Shown: positions 1 to 10,108 of the stretch, piece after piece
Numbering within the stretch: the stretch's first letter is position 1
How the letters are laid out: each line of letters opens with the position of its first letter
From: Gammaproteobacteria bacterium
Lineage (GTDB): Bacteria > Pseudomonadota > Gammaproteobacteria > Pseudomonadales > UBA5518
NCBI GenBank assembly: GCA_016705365.1
Contig: JADIYI010000008.1
Coordinates: 767,700-831,699 of the forward strand
Direction of reading: 5' to 3'
Length of the DNA stretch: 64,000 nucleotides
Notes under the pieces: model-generated
What the model saw: the letters and a program-made list of their open reading frames with translations, nothing else
What the model was told of the DNA's origin: nothing
Databases searched by the model: none
Position numbers and translations under genes: made by a program

Positions 1-1
1 T

Positions 2-1459
2 GCCTTTTTCCTGATGAACGAAACCCGCCAGACACCGATGCATGTGGGCGGTATCAATCTCTTTACCCTGCCGGAAGGCACCGACGAGCAGGAGTTTCTG
101 CAGCATCTGGGCGAGGTACTGCGCTACGACGGGGAATTGCGCCGGCCCCTGGGCGAGCGCCTGAAACTGGGGCCCCTCGGTGTCGCCGGCCCGATCCATT
201 GGGAGCGTGACGATCAGCTCGACATGGAATACCACGTGCGGCACTCGGCGCTGCCGAAGCCCGGCCGTTACCGCGAGCTGTTCGCACTGGTCTCGCGGCT
301 GCACAGCACCCTGCTCGATCGCAATCGCCCGATGTGGGAAATGCACCTGATCGAAGGGCTGCAGAAGCGCCAGTTCGCGACCTACATGAAAGCGCATCAC
401 TGCGCGATCGACGGTGTCGGGGCAATGCATCTCACCAACAGCATGCTCTCGAGCAGTCCGCGGACCCGGATTCGCCAGTCGCCGTTCTCGATAGAGGCCT
501 ACGAGGCCTATCGCAAACGACTTGGCCGGACCAGGGCACGCCCCAGGCCGACTCCCGACACGCGCGATCTGCGAGTGGTGGCGGATGCGATAAAGGAGCA
601 ACTCGGCACTTCGGTCAATGTAGCGAGCGCGCTTGGACGCTACGCCGGGGTATGGTTCGGACGAGGCGGCGACCTGGCGGTGCCGTGGCGCAACGTGCCG
701 CACACCCATTTCAATACCGCGGTGAGCGGCTCGCGCCGGTTCGTGGCGCAATCGTGGCCGTTTGCGCGGGTGCGCGCGGTGGGCAAGGCATTCGATGGCA
801 CCCTGAACGATGCGGTGCTGGCGGTCTGCGCGGGTGCGTTGCGGCGTCACCTGATCGCCGAGGGCGATCTTCCCGCGCATTCGCTGAAGGCCATGGCGCC
901 GATATCGCTGCGGGCCGAGGGCGATCTCGATTCGGCCAACGCCGTGGGCTTTCTTACCGCCGATCTGGCCACCAACATTGCCGATCCGGACAAACGCTTT
1001 GCCGCCATCAGGCATTCCATGCAGGCAGGCAAGCAACAGTTGGCCGGGATGACGCCGCGCGAGATCGAACTGTATACCGTCGTGACCCAGGGGCCGATGC
1101 TGCTCAGCACCGTGCTGGGACTCGCCAGCCGTTTCCCCGCGTTCAGCACCGTGGTGTCCAACGTGCCGGGGCCGCGCGAAACCATGTACTGGAACGGCGC
1201 GCGTCTCGACGGCATCTATCCGGCGTCGATTCCGTTTCACGGATTCGCGCTCAATATCACGCTGGTCAGCTACGGCGGGAATCTGGATTTCGGGATCGCG
1301 GCCTGTCGTCGCTCGGTGCCGCGGGTGCAACGGCTGATCGATTACATGGAGGAAGCACTGGTCGAGCTCGAGGTGACAGCGGGCCTGCGCAAGGCGCCGC
1401 GAAAAACCGGAGCTACGCGCCGTGGCAGGACAAGAACCGCAACGCGGGTGCGGCCATGA
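2..1459 (+). CDS. Wax ester synthase/diacylglycerol O-acyltransferase (WS/DGAT) family, 5'-partial (runs off window start)
   Basis: The frame is open from nt 2 (AFFL-MNETRQTPMHVGG...), which covers the conserved N-terminal PMHVGG block. The catalytic HHxxxDG motif is present as HHCAIDG, and a C-terminal SNVPGP block is present. The ATG at 14 is probably internal. Confidence 0.9.
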   Translation, partial: AFFLMNETRQTPMHVGGINLFTLPEGTDEQEFLQHLGEVLRYDGELRRPLGERLKLGPLGVAGPIHWERDDQLDMEYHVRHSALPKPGRYRELFALVSRLHSTLLDRNRPMWEMHLIEGLQKRQFATYMKAHHCAIDGVGAMHLTNSMLSSSPRTRIRQSPFSIEAYEAYRKRLGRTRARPRPTPDTRDLRVVADAIKEQLGTSVNVASALGRYAGVWFGRGGDLAVPWRNVPHTHFNTAVSGSRRFVAQSWPFARVRAVGKAFDGTLNDAVLAVCAGALRRHLIAEGDLPAHSLKAMAPISLRAEGDLDSANAVGFLTADLATNIADPDKRFAAIRHSMQAGKQQLAGMTPREIELYTVVTQGPMLLSTVLGLASRFPAFSTVVSNVPGPRETMYWNGARLDGIYPASIPFHGFALNITLVSYGGNLDFGIAACRRSVPRVQRLIDYMEEALVELEVTAGLRKAPRKTGATRRGRTRTATRVRP

Positions 1460-2877
1460 ATTGCCCGCCGGGTACTGCAGTCCGCAGGGGCGCCGCCGCC
1501 ATCGTGTATGTTGCGGTGCTCGGTTCCTGCGCCGCAACGGCAACCGCGCCGGGCCAGGCGCGCAACGTGATACTGATGATCGGCGACGGCATGGATGAAC
1601 AGCAGATCACGCTGGCACGTGATTACGTCCATGGAGCCGAGGGCGGTTTTGCGATGGAACAGATGCCGCGCAGGGTATCGGTGAAAGTACAGACCGTGAT
1701 GGAAGCTCCGCCGCATGGCACCGATTTCATTGCCGACAGCGCCAACACCGCGACCTCGATCGCAACCGGTGAATTGACCAGCCAGGGGCGCCTCGCGACC
1801 AGCGCCGGCGACGACCGTGAGCTCCCGACCATCGTCGAACAGGCCTGGGCGGGCGGCTTGCGTACGGGCATCGTGACCACGGCAAGGGTGACCGATGCCA
1901 CGCCGGCCGCATTCGTGGCCCATGTCAGTTCGCGCGAATGCGAGGGACCGCGGAGCACTGCGCCCGCCGCCGGAGTGTCTGGGTGCCCTGCCGATCTGCA
2001 AAGCGCCGGTGGCAGGGGTTCGATCGCGGAACAGCTGGCGGCCTCGAAGCTCGATCTGCTGTTTGGTGGCGGCGCGCAGTATTTCGCCGAGCCGGCTCCG
2101 GGCGCAGGCACCGTCGCCGGGATCGCGCAGCGCAACGGCTTCCGGGTGCTGCACGATGCGCGGCAGATGACGGAGTTGCAGCCGGGTGCGCGGGCGCTGG
2201 GCTTGTTTGCGCGCGGCAACCTCGCGCGCGAATGGAGCGGTGAAAACGCCCGCGTGGCGGAGACGATTGCGCTCGATGCGCAGGGCAAGCCGCGGTTTCC
2301 GCAGCCTTTTGGCTGCGTCCCCAACATCGCCGACCAGCCACCCGTGACACTCGAGGCGATGACGCGCCAGGCGCTGCGGCTGCTCGAGACGGACAATCCA
2401 CGCGGTTTCCTGCTGGTCGTGGAGGGCGCATCCATCGACAAGGCCGCGCATGACCGTGATCCCTGTGGCGAAATCGGCGAGTTGCAGGCCTTCGACCGTG
2501 CGGTGAAGACGGCGCGCGAGTTCGTCGCCGCGAATCCCGATACCTTGCTGATCGTGACGGCCGACCACGCCCAGGCCGGGCAGGTGGTCGGAGCGCCGGC
2601 GCTCTACCGCGAGTATGGCGAGTGGTCGGGCCGCGCGGAATACAACCCCGGCTTCTACGCGGTGCTGCGCACGCCGCGCGGAGAACTGCTCGGCGTGAGT
2701 TACGCAACCAATGCCGCGGGCACCCAAGAGGAGCTGCATACCGGCGGCAATGTGCCGGCCTATATCGAGGGACCCGGTAGCGCCAGGGTGCCGATCCTGA
2801 TCGCACAGCGTGAGTTGTATACCCTGATGCACGCGCATCTCGGCTTGCCGATGGCAGACAGCGCCGCCACGCCCTGA
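1456..2877 (+). CDS. Alkaline phosphatase (PhoA family), probable lipoprotein
   Basis: ORF-track frame 334..2877 looks like a real protein only from the Met at 1456, where ATGA overlaps the WS/DGAT stop. There is a signal peptide with a lipobox-like VLGSC. PhoA-type motifs are present: IGDGMD, ADSANTATS (D-S-A nucleophile Ser), DATPAAF and HTGGNVP. Confidence 0.88.
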   Translation: MNCPPGTAVRRGAAAIVYVAVLGSCAATATAPGQARNVILMIGDGMDEQQITLARDYVHGAEGGFAMEQMPRRVSVKVQTVMEAPPHGTDFIADSANTATSIATGELTSQGRLATSAGDDRELPTIVEQAWAGGLRTGIVTTARVTDATPAAFVAHVSSRECEGPRSTAPAAGVSGCPADLQSAGGRGSIAEQLAASKLDLLFGGGAQYFAEPAPGAGTVAGIAQRNGFRVLHDARQMTELQPGARALGLFARGNLAREWSGENARVAETIALDAQGKPRFPQPFGCVPNIADQPPVTLEAMTRQALRLLETDNPRGFLLVVEGASIDKAAHDRDPCGEIGELQAFDRAVKTAREFVAANPDTLLIVTADHAQAGQVVGAPALYREYGEWSGRAEYNPGFYAVLRTPRGELLGVSYATNAAGTQEELHTGGNVPAYIEGPGSARVPILIAQRELYTLMHAHLGLPMADSAATP

Positions 2878-3053
2878 GGTCCGCGCTCGGGTGTTGCCAC
2901 GATCGGCGCAGTCGGTTCCCGCAATCTGCTCGTCGCTGACCGCGTCGGATCGAGGTCGATGCGATTGTCCGCAATCGCGAGCTGTTTGCCGATCGCGAAG
3001 AGTCCGCCGATGCAGACATCGGCGGTACCGGCGCGTTTCACGGCGTCCACGGT

Positions 3054-4013
3054 TCAGGCATTGCGCAGGGTGGCGAGCTCGCTCGCATCGAGCTGCAACT
3101 CGCAGGCGAGCGCGCTGTCGCGCAGTTGCTGGGTGTTGCTGCAGCCGATGATCGGAATGGTCGGGTGCGGTTGGCACAGCAGGTAGGCCAGTACCACTTC
3201 GTTGATCGAGACACCGTGGCGCGCCGCCACCATCTCGATCACCACCAGTTTCCGGCGGTTGGCATCGTTGCCATAGAGTGCCGCGACATCGGCCGCCAGC
3301 GGCACGCCGATGGCCAGCTTCGAGAATACGCCGCGGCTCTGTGCCGAGTAGGGAATCATGGAGAGTCCCTGCTCGTGCAATTCGCGGTACCCGTCCTCGT
3401 AATAGCCGCCCGGCGCGTAATTGTGCATCGCCGTGCGATCCGGTTCCGCGAGCCCCCACATCGGCTGGCAGGCCACGAAGCCCTGGTGACCGATCCTGGC
3501 GGCGTGGGCCTGCGCCTTGCGGATCCGCGCCGGACTCCAGTTGGAGCAGCCGAAATGGCGGATTCGTCCGGCCTGCTGCTGGGCGATCAGCGCATCGATG
3601 ATGGGTTGCACGGGCTGCCCGGGATCGTCGCGGTGCAACCAGTAGAGGTCGATATGGCCGATGCCGAGGCGTTCCAGGCTGCCCGCGATATCGCGCTCGA
3701 GATGTTCCGGGCTCACGCGCAGCGTGAAGTCCGCGCGATAGTCGAACTCGCAGCCCTTGGTGGCAATGATCCAGTCTTCGCGGCGCTGGCGCGCCAGCCA
3801 GCGGCCCAGCGCGAGCTCGGAGGCCCCTCGCGGCGCGGTGCTCATCCAGTCGCCGTAGGCGGCCGCGGTATCGAGGAAATTGCCACCGAGCGCAGTGTAG
3901 GCCGCGAGAATATCGGCCACGCGCTCGTCGTCCAGCACGGTACCGAACTGGTTGGTGCCCAGGCACAGTTGGCTCGTTGTCATGTCGGTGCCGGGGAGGG
4001 TCAGTCGCTGCAT
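3054..4013 (-). CDS. Aldo/keto reductase
   Basis: Homology begins at the Met at 4013 (MQRLTLPGTD..SQLCLGTNQFG). AKR blocks seen: GGNFLDTAAAYG, IATKG, DLYWLHRDD, FGCSNW. The upstream 200 codons of the 519-aa ORF call are Arg-rich and look like non-coding read-through. Confidence 0.9.
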   Translation of the reverse strand: MQRLTLPGTDMTTSQLCLGTNQFGTVLDDERVADILAAYTALGGNFLDTAAAYGDWMSTAPRGASELALGRWLARQRREDWIIATKGCEFDYRADFTLRVSPEHLERDIAGSLERLGIGHIDLYWLHRDDPGQPVQPIIDALIAQQQAGRIRHFGCSNWSPARIRKAQAHAARIGHQGFVACQPMWGLAEPDRTAMHNYAPGGYYEDGYRELHEQGLSMIPYSAQSRGVFSKLAIGVPLAADVAALYGNDANRRKLVVIEMVAARHGVSINEVVLAYLLCQPHPTIPIIGCSNTQQLRDSALACELQLDASELATLRNA

Positions 4014-4294
4014 GGTGTATTCGCTCTGTCGATGGGCAGGTGATTGCCGCTGTTTTGGATGGCGGGTTTCGGCAACTTCAGGCCCGGGTTCCGGGTCGCA
4101 ATAAAGCTCCCGGGATGGATTATGCGCGAGGAGCACTAGGTCTGCATCATTGCGGCGCGTCTTGTCCGCACCCGGGCGCATGCCGCGTATTCGTTGCCGG
4201 ACAATCTCGATCGCCGGATCGGATTGCCGGCGGTACCGCATGGGTCCGGCGATCACACTCAATGACGAAACCCTCGTGCAGCAGCAGGGGTTGC

Positions 4295-5434
4295 TCAGGC
4301 GAGCGTGCCGCTGCGCATTGGCACCGGCTCCGCGCCGGGAAAAATCGCCCACTGCTGCTGTCCGTCGAGCGACCAGTGTTCGGCGAGCGCCGCACCGATC
4401 CATGAGCGTATATCCGAGGTCGGCCTGAGATCGCGTCCCTCGAACAAGTCCGCGCTCGCGAGACCGGGCCACTCGCCGAACACCCTGCCACCACCCAGCG
4501 CGCCGCCCGCGAGCAGCAGCACCGATGCGGTGCCGTGATCGGTGCCGCCGGTGCCATTGATGGCCACGGTGCGCCCGAACTCGGTGCCGATCGCGATCAG
4601 GGTGTTGCTCCACTGCGCGCCAAGTGCCTCGCGCAGCGCCTGCAGCCCCTCATCGAATTGCCTGAACTGTCTGTCCAGGCGATTGATCTGCGCGGTGTGC
4701 GTGTCCCAGCCGCTCATCTCCAGCACTGCGCAACTCGCGTCCGCGTTATCCGCCAGCAGTTGCCCGCAGGCGCGCGTCAGGTTGGCAAAACGCGGGCGGC
4801 GTGACTGCGCTCCCTCGATCTCGAGGCCCTCGCGCGTGGCGAGCCCCTCCTGCAGACGTGTGCGCAGGGCATCGTCGTGCTGGTAGAGCTGTAGCAGGCG
4901 CTGGTAGAGGTCCTCGTCGGCGCTCGGCAGCGTCGAGGGATACCATGTCTGGGCATGCCCCGTGCCGCGCAGGGTGATCGGCAGCGAGCGCGCTATGGCG
5001 ATGCTTTCGCCGTGGTAAGCGCCCAGTGCGCGCGCCAGCCAGCCGTTGTCGTGCTCCACCGGCATCAGGCCGCACTCCAGTACATCCTGTGCGTCGAAAT
5101 GCGATCGTGAACGGTACTGCGTGGCAACTGCCACCACCGGTGCGAAGCTGCGCTCGCGGTACCACGAATGGAGGGTCTTCAGTTGAGGATGCAGACCGTA
5201 CCCGTCGTCCAGTGGCAACAACCGCTCATCGATTGCTCCGAACAGCACGCCGCGCGCCGCGCCCAGACCGCGATCGAAGGCCGGCACCACGGTATGCAGC
5301 GGGTCGAGAGCGCCACGCAGGATTATCCAGACGAATTTCCTTGGTGTTGCCGGGGCCGGCTCGCCGAGCACCCGCCGCTGATGCAACAACACCATCCCCG
5401 CCAAACCGAGGCCCAGAAACTGGCGTCTGTACAT
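4295..5434 (-). CDS. DUF1501 domain protein (Tat-exported, sulfatase-like fold)
   Basis: Twin-arginine leader MYRRQFLGLGLAG. The C-terminal block GTEFGRT..NGTGGTDHG is typical of DUF1501. It starts 2 nt after the stop of the upstream DUF1800 gene, forming the usual pair. Confidence 0.85.
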   Translation of the reverse strand: MYRRQFLGLGLAGMVLLHQRRVLGEPAPATPRKFVWIILRGALDPLHTVVPAFDRGLGAARGVLFGAIDERLLPLDDGYGLHPQLKTLHSWYRERSFAPVVAVATQYRSRSHFDAQDVLECGLMPVEHDNGWLARALGAYHGESIAIARSLPITLRGTGHAQTWYPSTLPSADEDLYQRLLQLYQHDDALRTRLQEGLATREGLEIEGAQSRRPRFANLTRACGQLLADNADASCAVLEMSGWDTHTAQINRLDRQFRQFDEGLQALREALGAQWSNTLIAIGTEFGRTVAINGTGGTDHGTASVLLLAGGALGGGRVFGEWPGLASADLFEGRDLRPTSDIRSWIGAALAEHWSLDGQQQWAIFPGAEPVPMRSGTLA

Positions 5435-5436
5435 CG

Positions 5437-6807
5437 CTACCTCCGCTGGAATTCCGGGCTCATCAATAATATCGCCAAGGCCTGCTGGCGGCTCTCGGCG
5501 CCTTTCATCAGTCCGGCGGTATCTGTGGACAGCAGCGAGCCGAGCGCGTTGCGCGCGACATCGAGAGGCTCATCACGAATCCGGCTGGCGAGCTCATCGG
5601 CCCAGTCAATGCGCAGCATCAGCGCCTCGGAGCCATCCCAGGCGCTCGTGATATCGCCAAAGCCGGCCGGGGAGCCCGCGCCGAAGGGTTGTTGTCCGAG
5701 CGTGCCGAGCACCGCGATCAGGCCGCGCGTGCGTCGCCCGGGTGTGCCTGCGGCGCGCGCTGCCGAGATCACGAATTCGCGGGGGGTCTTGAGTTTTGCC
5801 GGTGGCAACGCCCAGGAGGCCGGATGCCCGAGCATGGTTGCGAGCACTTCGCGCAGCTCGCCGCCGGTGGCGAGCCAGCGTCTGCTCATGGCCTGCACCA
5901 GATCGAGCGGTGGCTGGTCGGTAACGAAGTGGCGCGCGAGCTTGAACGAGAGGTGGTGCGCGGTCGAAGGGTGCAGTGCGAGATCGAGCAGCATCGCCTT
6001 GCCCTGTTTCTGCCCGGTGACTGCATGACGTTTGCCGAGCAGCGTGCGCGTGCCTGGCTGGTGTGCCTGCTCGCGGAAGCGAAAACCCGGCGCTTCATTG
6101 CGCGCGATTGCACCCACGCTCCAGCCGGTGATGCCCATCGCGAGTTCGCGCACATCGTCCTGGGTGTAGCCGCCGTCCACGCCGAGCGTATGCAGTTCGA
6201 GAATCTCGCGCGCGAGATTCTCGTTGAGACCCCGCTCACGTCGCTTGCCGATTGCCGAGTCCGGACCGAAAGACTGCTCGTTGTTGAGATAGACCAGCAT
6301 CGCCGGGTGCTGCTCGACGGCAAGCAGCAGATTGGCGAACTTTCCCGCGATATGCGGCGCTATCGCCTCCCGCTCCAGCGTTGGTGCCAGCGCTCGCATG
6401 CGCAGATTGCTGTCGCTCACGCTGAAATGGTTCGAGAAAAAATCCAGCAGATGCATCGCGAACGGTGCGTCGCTGCCGATGGCGGTGCCGAGCGTGTCGA
6501 GCGCGAGCGCATTGGCCATGCGCCCGATATCCGCGTGCGCAGGCGTGTCGGGTAACGCTTTGTCCGGGGCCTTGCCGGCAGCCGCCGTTTGCTTCTCGCT
6601 GCTCTTGCGGTTGCGGTTCATTTGCTGCTGGTGGCGGGCGAACAGCCGCTGCGCGGTATCCGAACTGCCGATTGCGGCGTCGAAGCCCAGTGGCCGCAAC
6701 TGATCCAGCAGCCAACGTTGCGGCGCGGCGGATGAGCGGGCGATCTCTCCGGCGCGTGCGCCGAGGCCGAAACGATTGGTCGCGATTTCCGCGACGAATT
6801 GCGTCAT
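5437..6807 (-). CDS. DUF1800 domain protein
   Basis: Long ORF paired with DUF1501. The N-terminal NRFGLGARAGE...WLLDQL pattern is typical of DUF1800. The ORF-track start at 6834 is a TTG. The first ATG, at 6807 (MTQFVAEIA), is preferred, but the start is uncertain. Confidence 0.8.
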   Translation of the reverse strand: MTQFVAEIATNRFGLGARAGEIARSSAAPQRWLLDQLRPLGFDAAIGSSDTAQRLFARHQQQMNRNRKSSEKQTAAAGKAPDKALPDTPAHADIGRMANALALDTLGTAIGSDAPFAMHLLDFFSNHFSVSDSNLRMRALAPTLEREAIAPHIAGKFANLLLAVEQHPAMLVYLNNEQSFGPDSAIGKRRERGLNENLAREILELHTLGVDGGYTQDDVRELAMGITGWSVGAIARNEAPGFRFREQAHQPGTRTLLGKRHAVTGQKQGKAMLLDLALHPSTAHHLSFKLARHFVTDQPPLDLVQAMSRRWLATGGELREVLATMLGHPASWALPPAKLKTPREFVISAARAAGTPGRRTRGLIAVLGTLGQQPFGAGSPAGFGDITSAWDGSEALMLRIDWADELASRIRDEPLDVARNALGSLLSTDTAGLMKGAESRQQALAILLMSPEFQRR

Positions 6808-6962
6808 GTGCAGTTGTCCCGCGCCGGGTGGCAATACGCTAACTATATACCGTTGTCCGGTTCGACCTCGCGCATTGCGAAAAATTGCGTCGCGCGAGTC
6901 GGTGCCGCTGTATCTATACTTTGCAGGCCCGTCAGCCTGCCGGGCACGAACAGGGAATTCCG

Positions 6963-8060
6963 ATGGCGCAAGCCTGGGTCCGCCAAGCGCTACGACGTAT
7001 CGACGCCGATTTCGCGCGCTCCGCCGACACGCATCTCGAGCGACTGGAAATACCGGGTTGCCCGGGGCTGGTGCTGTTCCTCAAGGACGAATCGACGCAC
7101 CCGACCGGCAGTCTCAAGCATCGGCTGGCCCGCTCGCTGTTTCTCTACGGCATCTGCAACGGCTGGATCCGCGAGGGTTCGCTGGTCGTCGACGCGTCGT
7201 CCGGTTCGACCGCCATTTCGGAGGCTTATTTCGCGCGCCTGCTCGGGTTGCCGTTCTGCGCCGTGATGCCGCGCACCACCAGCCCGGAAAAAATCGACCG
7301 GATCGAGTTCTACGGCGGGCGCTGTCACCTGGTCGATGATCCCGGCAGCGTCTATGCCGAGAGCCAGCGCCTCGCCCGCGAGAGCGGTGGACACTATCTC
7401 GACCAGTTCACCTATGCCGAACGCGCCACCGACTGGCGTGGCAACAACAATATCGCGGAAACGCTGTTTGCGCAGATGCGCCTCGAGGATCATCCGGTCC
7501 CGCGCTGGATCGTTTGCGGTGCCGGCACCGGCGGAACCTCCGCGACCATCGGCCGCTTCCTGCGCTATCGCCAGATCGACACGCGCCTGTGCGTGGTCGA
7601 TCCCGAGGGCTCGGTGTTTTTCGATTGCTATCGCAGCGGCCGGCGCGACGTGCCGGGCGCTCAGGTTTCGCGCATCGAAGGGATCGGGCGTGCACGCGTC
7701 GAGCCAAGTTTCATCCCGGAGCTCGTGGACCGGATGGTCCGGGTCGCGGATGTGGCGAGTATCGCCGCGGCGCACGTATTGTCGCAGCGGATCGGGCGAC
7801 CCGTTGGCGGATCCACCGGCACCAACCTGATCGGTGCGCTGCAACTGCTGCACGAGATGCAGCTGGCCGGCGAGCAGGGCGCGGTCGCCACGCTGATCTG
7901 TGACAGTGGCCAGCGTTACGAACATTCCTTTTTCAACGACCAATGGTTGCACGCGCAGGGGCTGGACGTCGCGCCGTGGCGCGAGCTCATCGGCGAGTTC
8001 CTGCAGTACGGTCGCTGGCCGGATGCGCTGACCCAGATTCACTTCGAACGCGGAGGCTGA
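6963..8060 (+). CDS. PLP-dependent cysteine-synthase/CBS-family (fold type II) enzyme
   Basis: PLP-lysine motif [11 protein letters not shown], glycine loop [12 protein letters not shown] and overall Trp-synthase-beta-like layout. The start was moved to the ATG at 6963 (MAQAWVRQ). Confidence 0.85.
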   Translation: MAQAWVRQALRRIDADFARSADTHLERLEIPGCPGLVLFLKDESTHPTGSLKHRLARSLFLYGICNGWIREGSLVVDASSGSTAISEAYFARLLGLPFCAVMPRTTSPEKIDRIEFYGGRCHLVDDPGSVYAESQRLARESGGHYLDQFTYAERATDWRGNNNIAETLFAQMRLEDHPVPRWIVCGAGTGGTSATIGRFLRYRQIDTRLCVVDPEGSVFFDCYRSGRRDVPGAQVSRIEGIGRARVEPSFIPELVDRMVRVADVASIAAAHVLSQRIGRPVGGSTGTNLIGALQLLHEMQLAGEQGAVATLICDSGQRYEHSFFNDQWLHAQGLDVAPWRELIGEFLQYGRWPDALTQIHFERGG

Positions 8061-8065
8061 AGAGC

Positions 8066-8896
8066 ATGTGCCGATGGCTGACTTATTGCGGCGATCCGAT
8101 CTACCTCGACCGGATGATATTCGAAGCCAAGAATTCGCTGATACACCAGAGCCTGCACGCGCGTCTCAGTCACGTCACGACCAACGGCGATGGTTTCGGG
8201 GTGGGCTGGTATGCCGAGCGCAATACGCCCGGAACCTATCGCGATACCCTGCCCGCATGGAACGATGCGAACCTGCGCTCGATCGCGCACCAGATCCGCT
8301 CCGGACTTTTTTTCGCGCATGTGCGCGCCTCCACCGGCACTGCGACCTCGCGTTCGAATTGCCATCCGTTCAGTCATGGCAAGTGGTTGTTCATGCACAA
8401 CGGCCAGATCGGTGGTTACGAGCGGGTGCGGCGCAAGATCGAGGCGCTGGTCGATGACCGTTACTATGCGCACCGCCTCGGCACCACCGACAGCGAACTG
8501 ATTTTCTACCTGATGTTCACCGAAGGGCTCGAAACCGATCCGCTCGGTGCGCTGCGTCGCACCATCGGGCGCATCGTCGCGATCATGCGGGAGAACGACA
8601 TCGGCGAGCCGCTGCGCTTCACCTCGGTGTTCAGCGATGGACACCATATCTACGCGGTGCGTTTCGCCACCGATGACAAGCCGCCGTCGCTGTACTGGCG
8701 CGAGACCGGGAAGGAGTGCCTGGTGGTATCCGAGCCGCTCGATGACGATCAGGGCGAATGGCAGGAGGTGCCACCGGGCCAGGTGCTGGTCACGGAGCGT
8801 CGCGGCGAGCTCGAAATCCTGCCGTTTGCCGCCGAGACCGGAGTTCAGCGCGCCAGGGCGCGGCTCAGGAACGGCAGGCTGCGCTCCATCCGGTAA
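8066..8896 (+). CDS. Class II (Ntn) glutamine amidotransferase, EgtC/YafJ-like
   Basis: Begins MCRW.. with Cys2 as the Ntn nucleophile. Blocks NGDGFGVGWY, HVRASTG, NCHPF and MHNGQIGG are present. It lies 5 nt downstream of the PLP-enzyme stop. The 3' end overlaps the convergent esterase gene by 52 nt. Confidence 0.85.
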   Translation: MCRWLTYCGDPIYLDRMIFEAKNSLIHQSLHARLSHVTTNGDGFGVGWYAERNTPGTYRDTLPAWNDANLRSIAHQIRSGLFFAHVRASTGTATSRSNCHPFSHGKWLFMHNGQIGGYERVRRKIEALVDDRYYAHRLGTTDSELIFYLMFTEGLETDPLGALRRTIGRIVAIMRENDIGEPLRFTSVFSDGHHIYAVRFATDDKPPSLYWRETGKECLVVSEPLDDDQGEWQEVPPGQVLVTERRGELEILPFAAETGVQRARARLRNGRLRSIR

Positions 8897-9945
8897 TCGA
8901 TGCCGGAGTGCGTATCATCGAATTCCTCGTACACGTGGCTGATGCCGTGGCGGCCCAGTTCGCGTGACAGCAGCCGGCTGCCATAGTGGATGTGATACTG
9001 GTCACGCCAGCCGCAATCCACAAAAATTCCCTTCATCGTTTTCAGGTTGGCGCGATGTGCCCTGACCATGTGGACCGGATCATGGGCAAGCCAGCGTTTC
9101 CACCGTGCCTCGAGCAATTCGCCGGTATCGAGATCGAAGGGCAGGCGGAAGCCGTTCGGCGCTCGCGGATCGGGGTCGTAACTCGCGGCCATTGCGAGGT
9201 TCATCAGGCACATGATTTCCTTGCCCTCGGGCCGGTCCTTCTCCCAGACATGTTTCAGGAAGCGTCGCACCCGTCCATCATCGGTACCGGAGCGGCGTTT
9301 TGCATTGCCGCGAGGTGCGCTGTAGCGACCGCTCCGCAATGCGGGCTCGCGGTATTTGGCGAGTTCGTCCAGGGTGTTGGGCCAGTCGGCGCGGTACACG
9401 AAATCGAAATAGGCATCACCCGAATGATCGGCGACCGCCCCCCAGTACCCGGGGTACTTCATCGCATGCACGATCGCCCCGTATCCGCCCGATGATTTGC
9501 CGAAGCAGGCGCGTGCACCGCGCTCGGCACGGGTACGGAACTCGCCGTCGACAAAGGGGATCAGCTCGCGGGTGAGGTAGTCGGCATAGCGTCCGATCGC
9601 GCTCGAGTTGATGTACTGGTTGCCGCCAAGCGCCGTGAAACAATCGGGGAACACCACGATCGCCGGCGCCATGCGCCGTTCATGGATCAGGCGCGCGACG
9701 CGTTCGGGCACGTTTTCGTCGAAGGCGCGCCAGGCGATGTGCGAGGGGCCGGAGCCGGTATAACCCACCAGGTCGAACAGCACGGGAAAGCGTTTGTTGC
9801 CGCGCCCCTGATGGTACTGCGGTGGCAGCCACACGTTCAGGGGGCGTACATGGGGATCGCCGAGCGCGTTGTCTTCGAGTACCTTCGAAACGTGCTCCAG
9901 CGTGACCAGCTGGCCTTCGAGCGAGCTGCGGCGTTTGCGTGTCAT
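8845..9945 (-). CDS. Alpha/beta-hydrolase, putative esterase (enterochelin-esterase/esterase-D-like)
   Basis: GxSxG nucleophile elbow as GKSSGGYGA. The LGDP..R..VWLPPQY block is typical of the 'putative esterase' family. The ATG at 9945 has a GGAAG RBS. The alternative ATG at 9978 has none. Confidence 0.75.
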   Translation of the reverse strand: MTRKRRSSLEGQLVTLEHVSKVLEDNALGDPHVRPLNVWLPPQYHQGRGNKRFPVLFDLVGYTGSGPSHIAWRAFDENVPERVARLIHERRMAPAIVVFPDCFTALGGNQYINSSAIGRYADYLTRELIPFVDGEFRTRAERGARACFGKSSGGYGAIVHAMKYPGYWGAVADHSGDAYFDFVYRADWPNTLDELAKYREPALRSGRYSAPRGNAKRRSGTDDGRVRRFLKHVWEKDRPEGKEIMCLMNLAMAASYDPDPRAPNGFRLPFDLDTGELLEARWKRWLAHDPVHMVRAHRANLKTMKGIFVDCGWRDQYHIHYGSRLLSRELGRHGISHVYEEFDDTHSGIDYRMERSLPFLSRALAR

Positions 9946-10108
9946 GACGCATGACTTCCGTGGCTGGGGAGCATGCATGGTAGCGCGTCCGGTTCAGGGG
10001 CGGGGGGTGGATTTTCCGGCGCCCCGAACCAGTGCATACTGCGCGGGCAACGTTGGATAGATGTTGCAACCATTGATAATACGCGGTTTGCTGCCGCAAG
10101 GAGTTGCC

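Noticed and set aside
1342-3966. 874-aa minus-strand ORF, plus other very long ORFs:
- 334-1455 (upstream part of the 334-2877 ORF)
- 11881-13449 (-)
- 14324-16180 (+)
- 30818-32134 (-)
- 36691-38595 (-)
- 38297-40234 (-)
- 48595-50259 (-)
- 50434-52677 (-)
- 53615-55900 (-)
- 61963-63342 (-)
   Set aside because: All lie antisense to, or are upstream read-through of, genes with clear family motifs. Their translations are Arg/Ala/Gly/Pro-rich with no recognisable domains, which is the typical open-frame artefact of about 65% GC DNA.
8845-9945. Esterase as S-formylglutathione hydrolase (FghA) partner of the adjacent gfa
   Set aside because: The protein is about 90 aa longer than FghA/esterase D and lacks the FghA blocks I remember. 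No GSH-dependent formaldehyde dehydrogenase gene is adjacent. Only the generic esterase call was kept.
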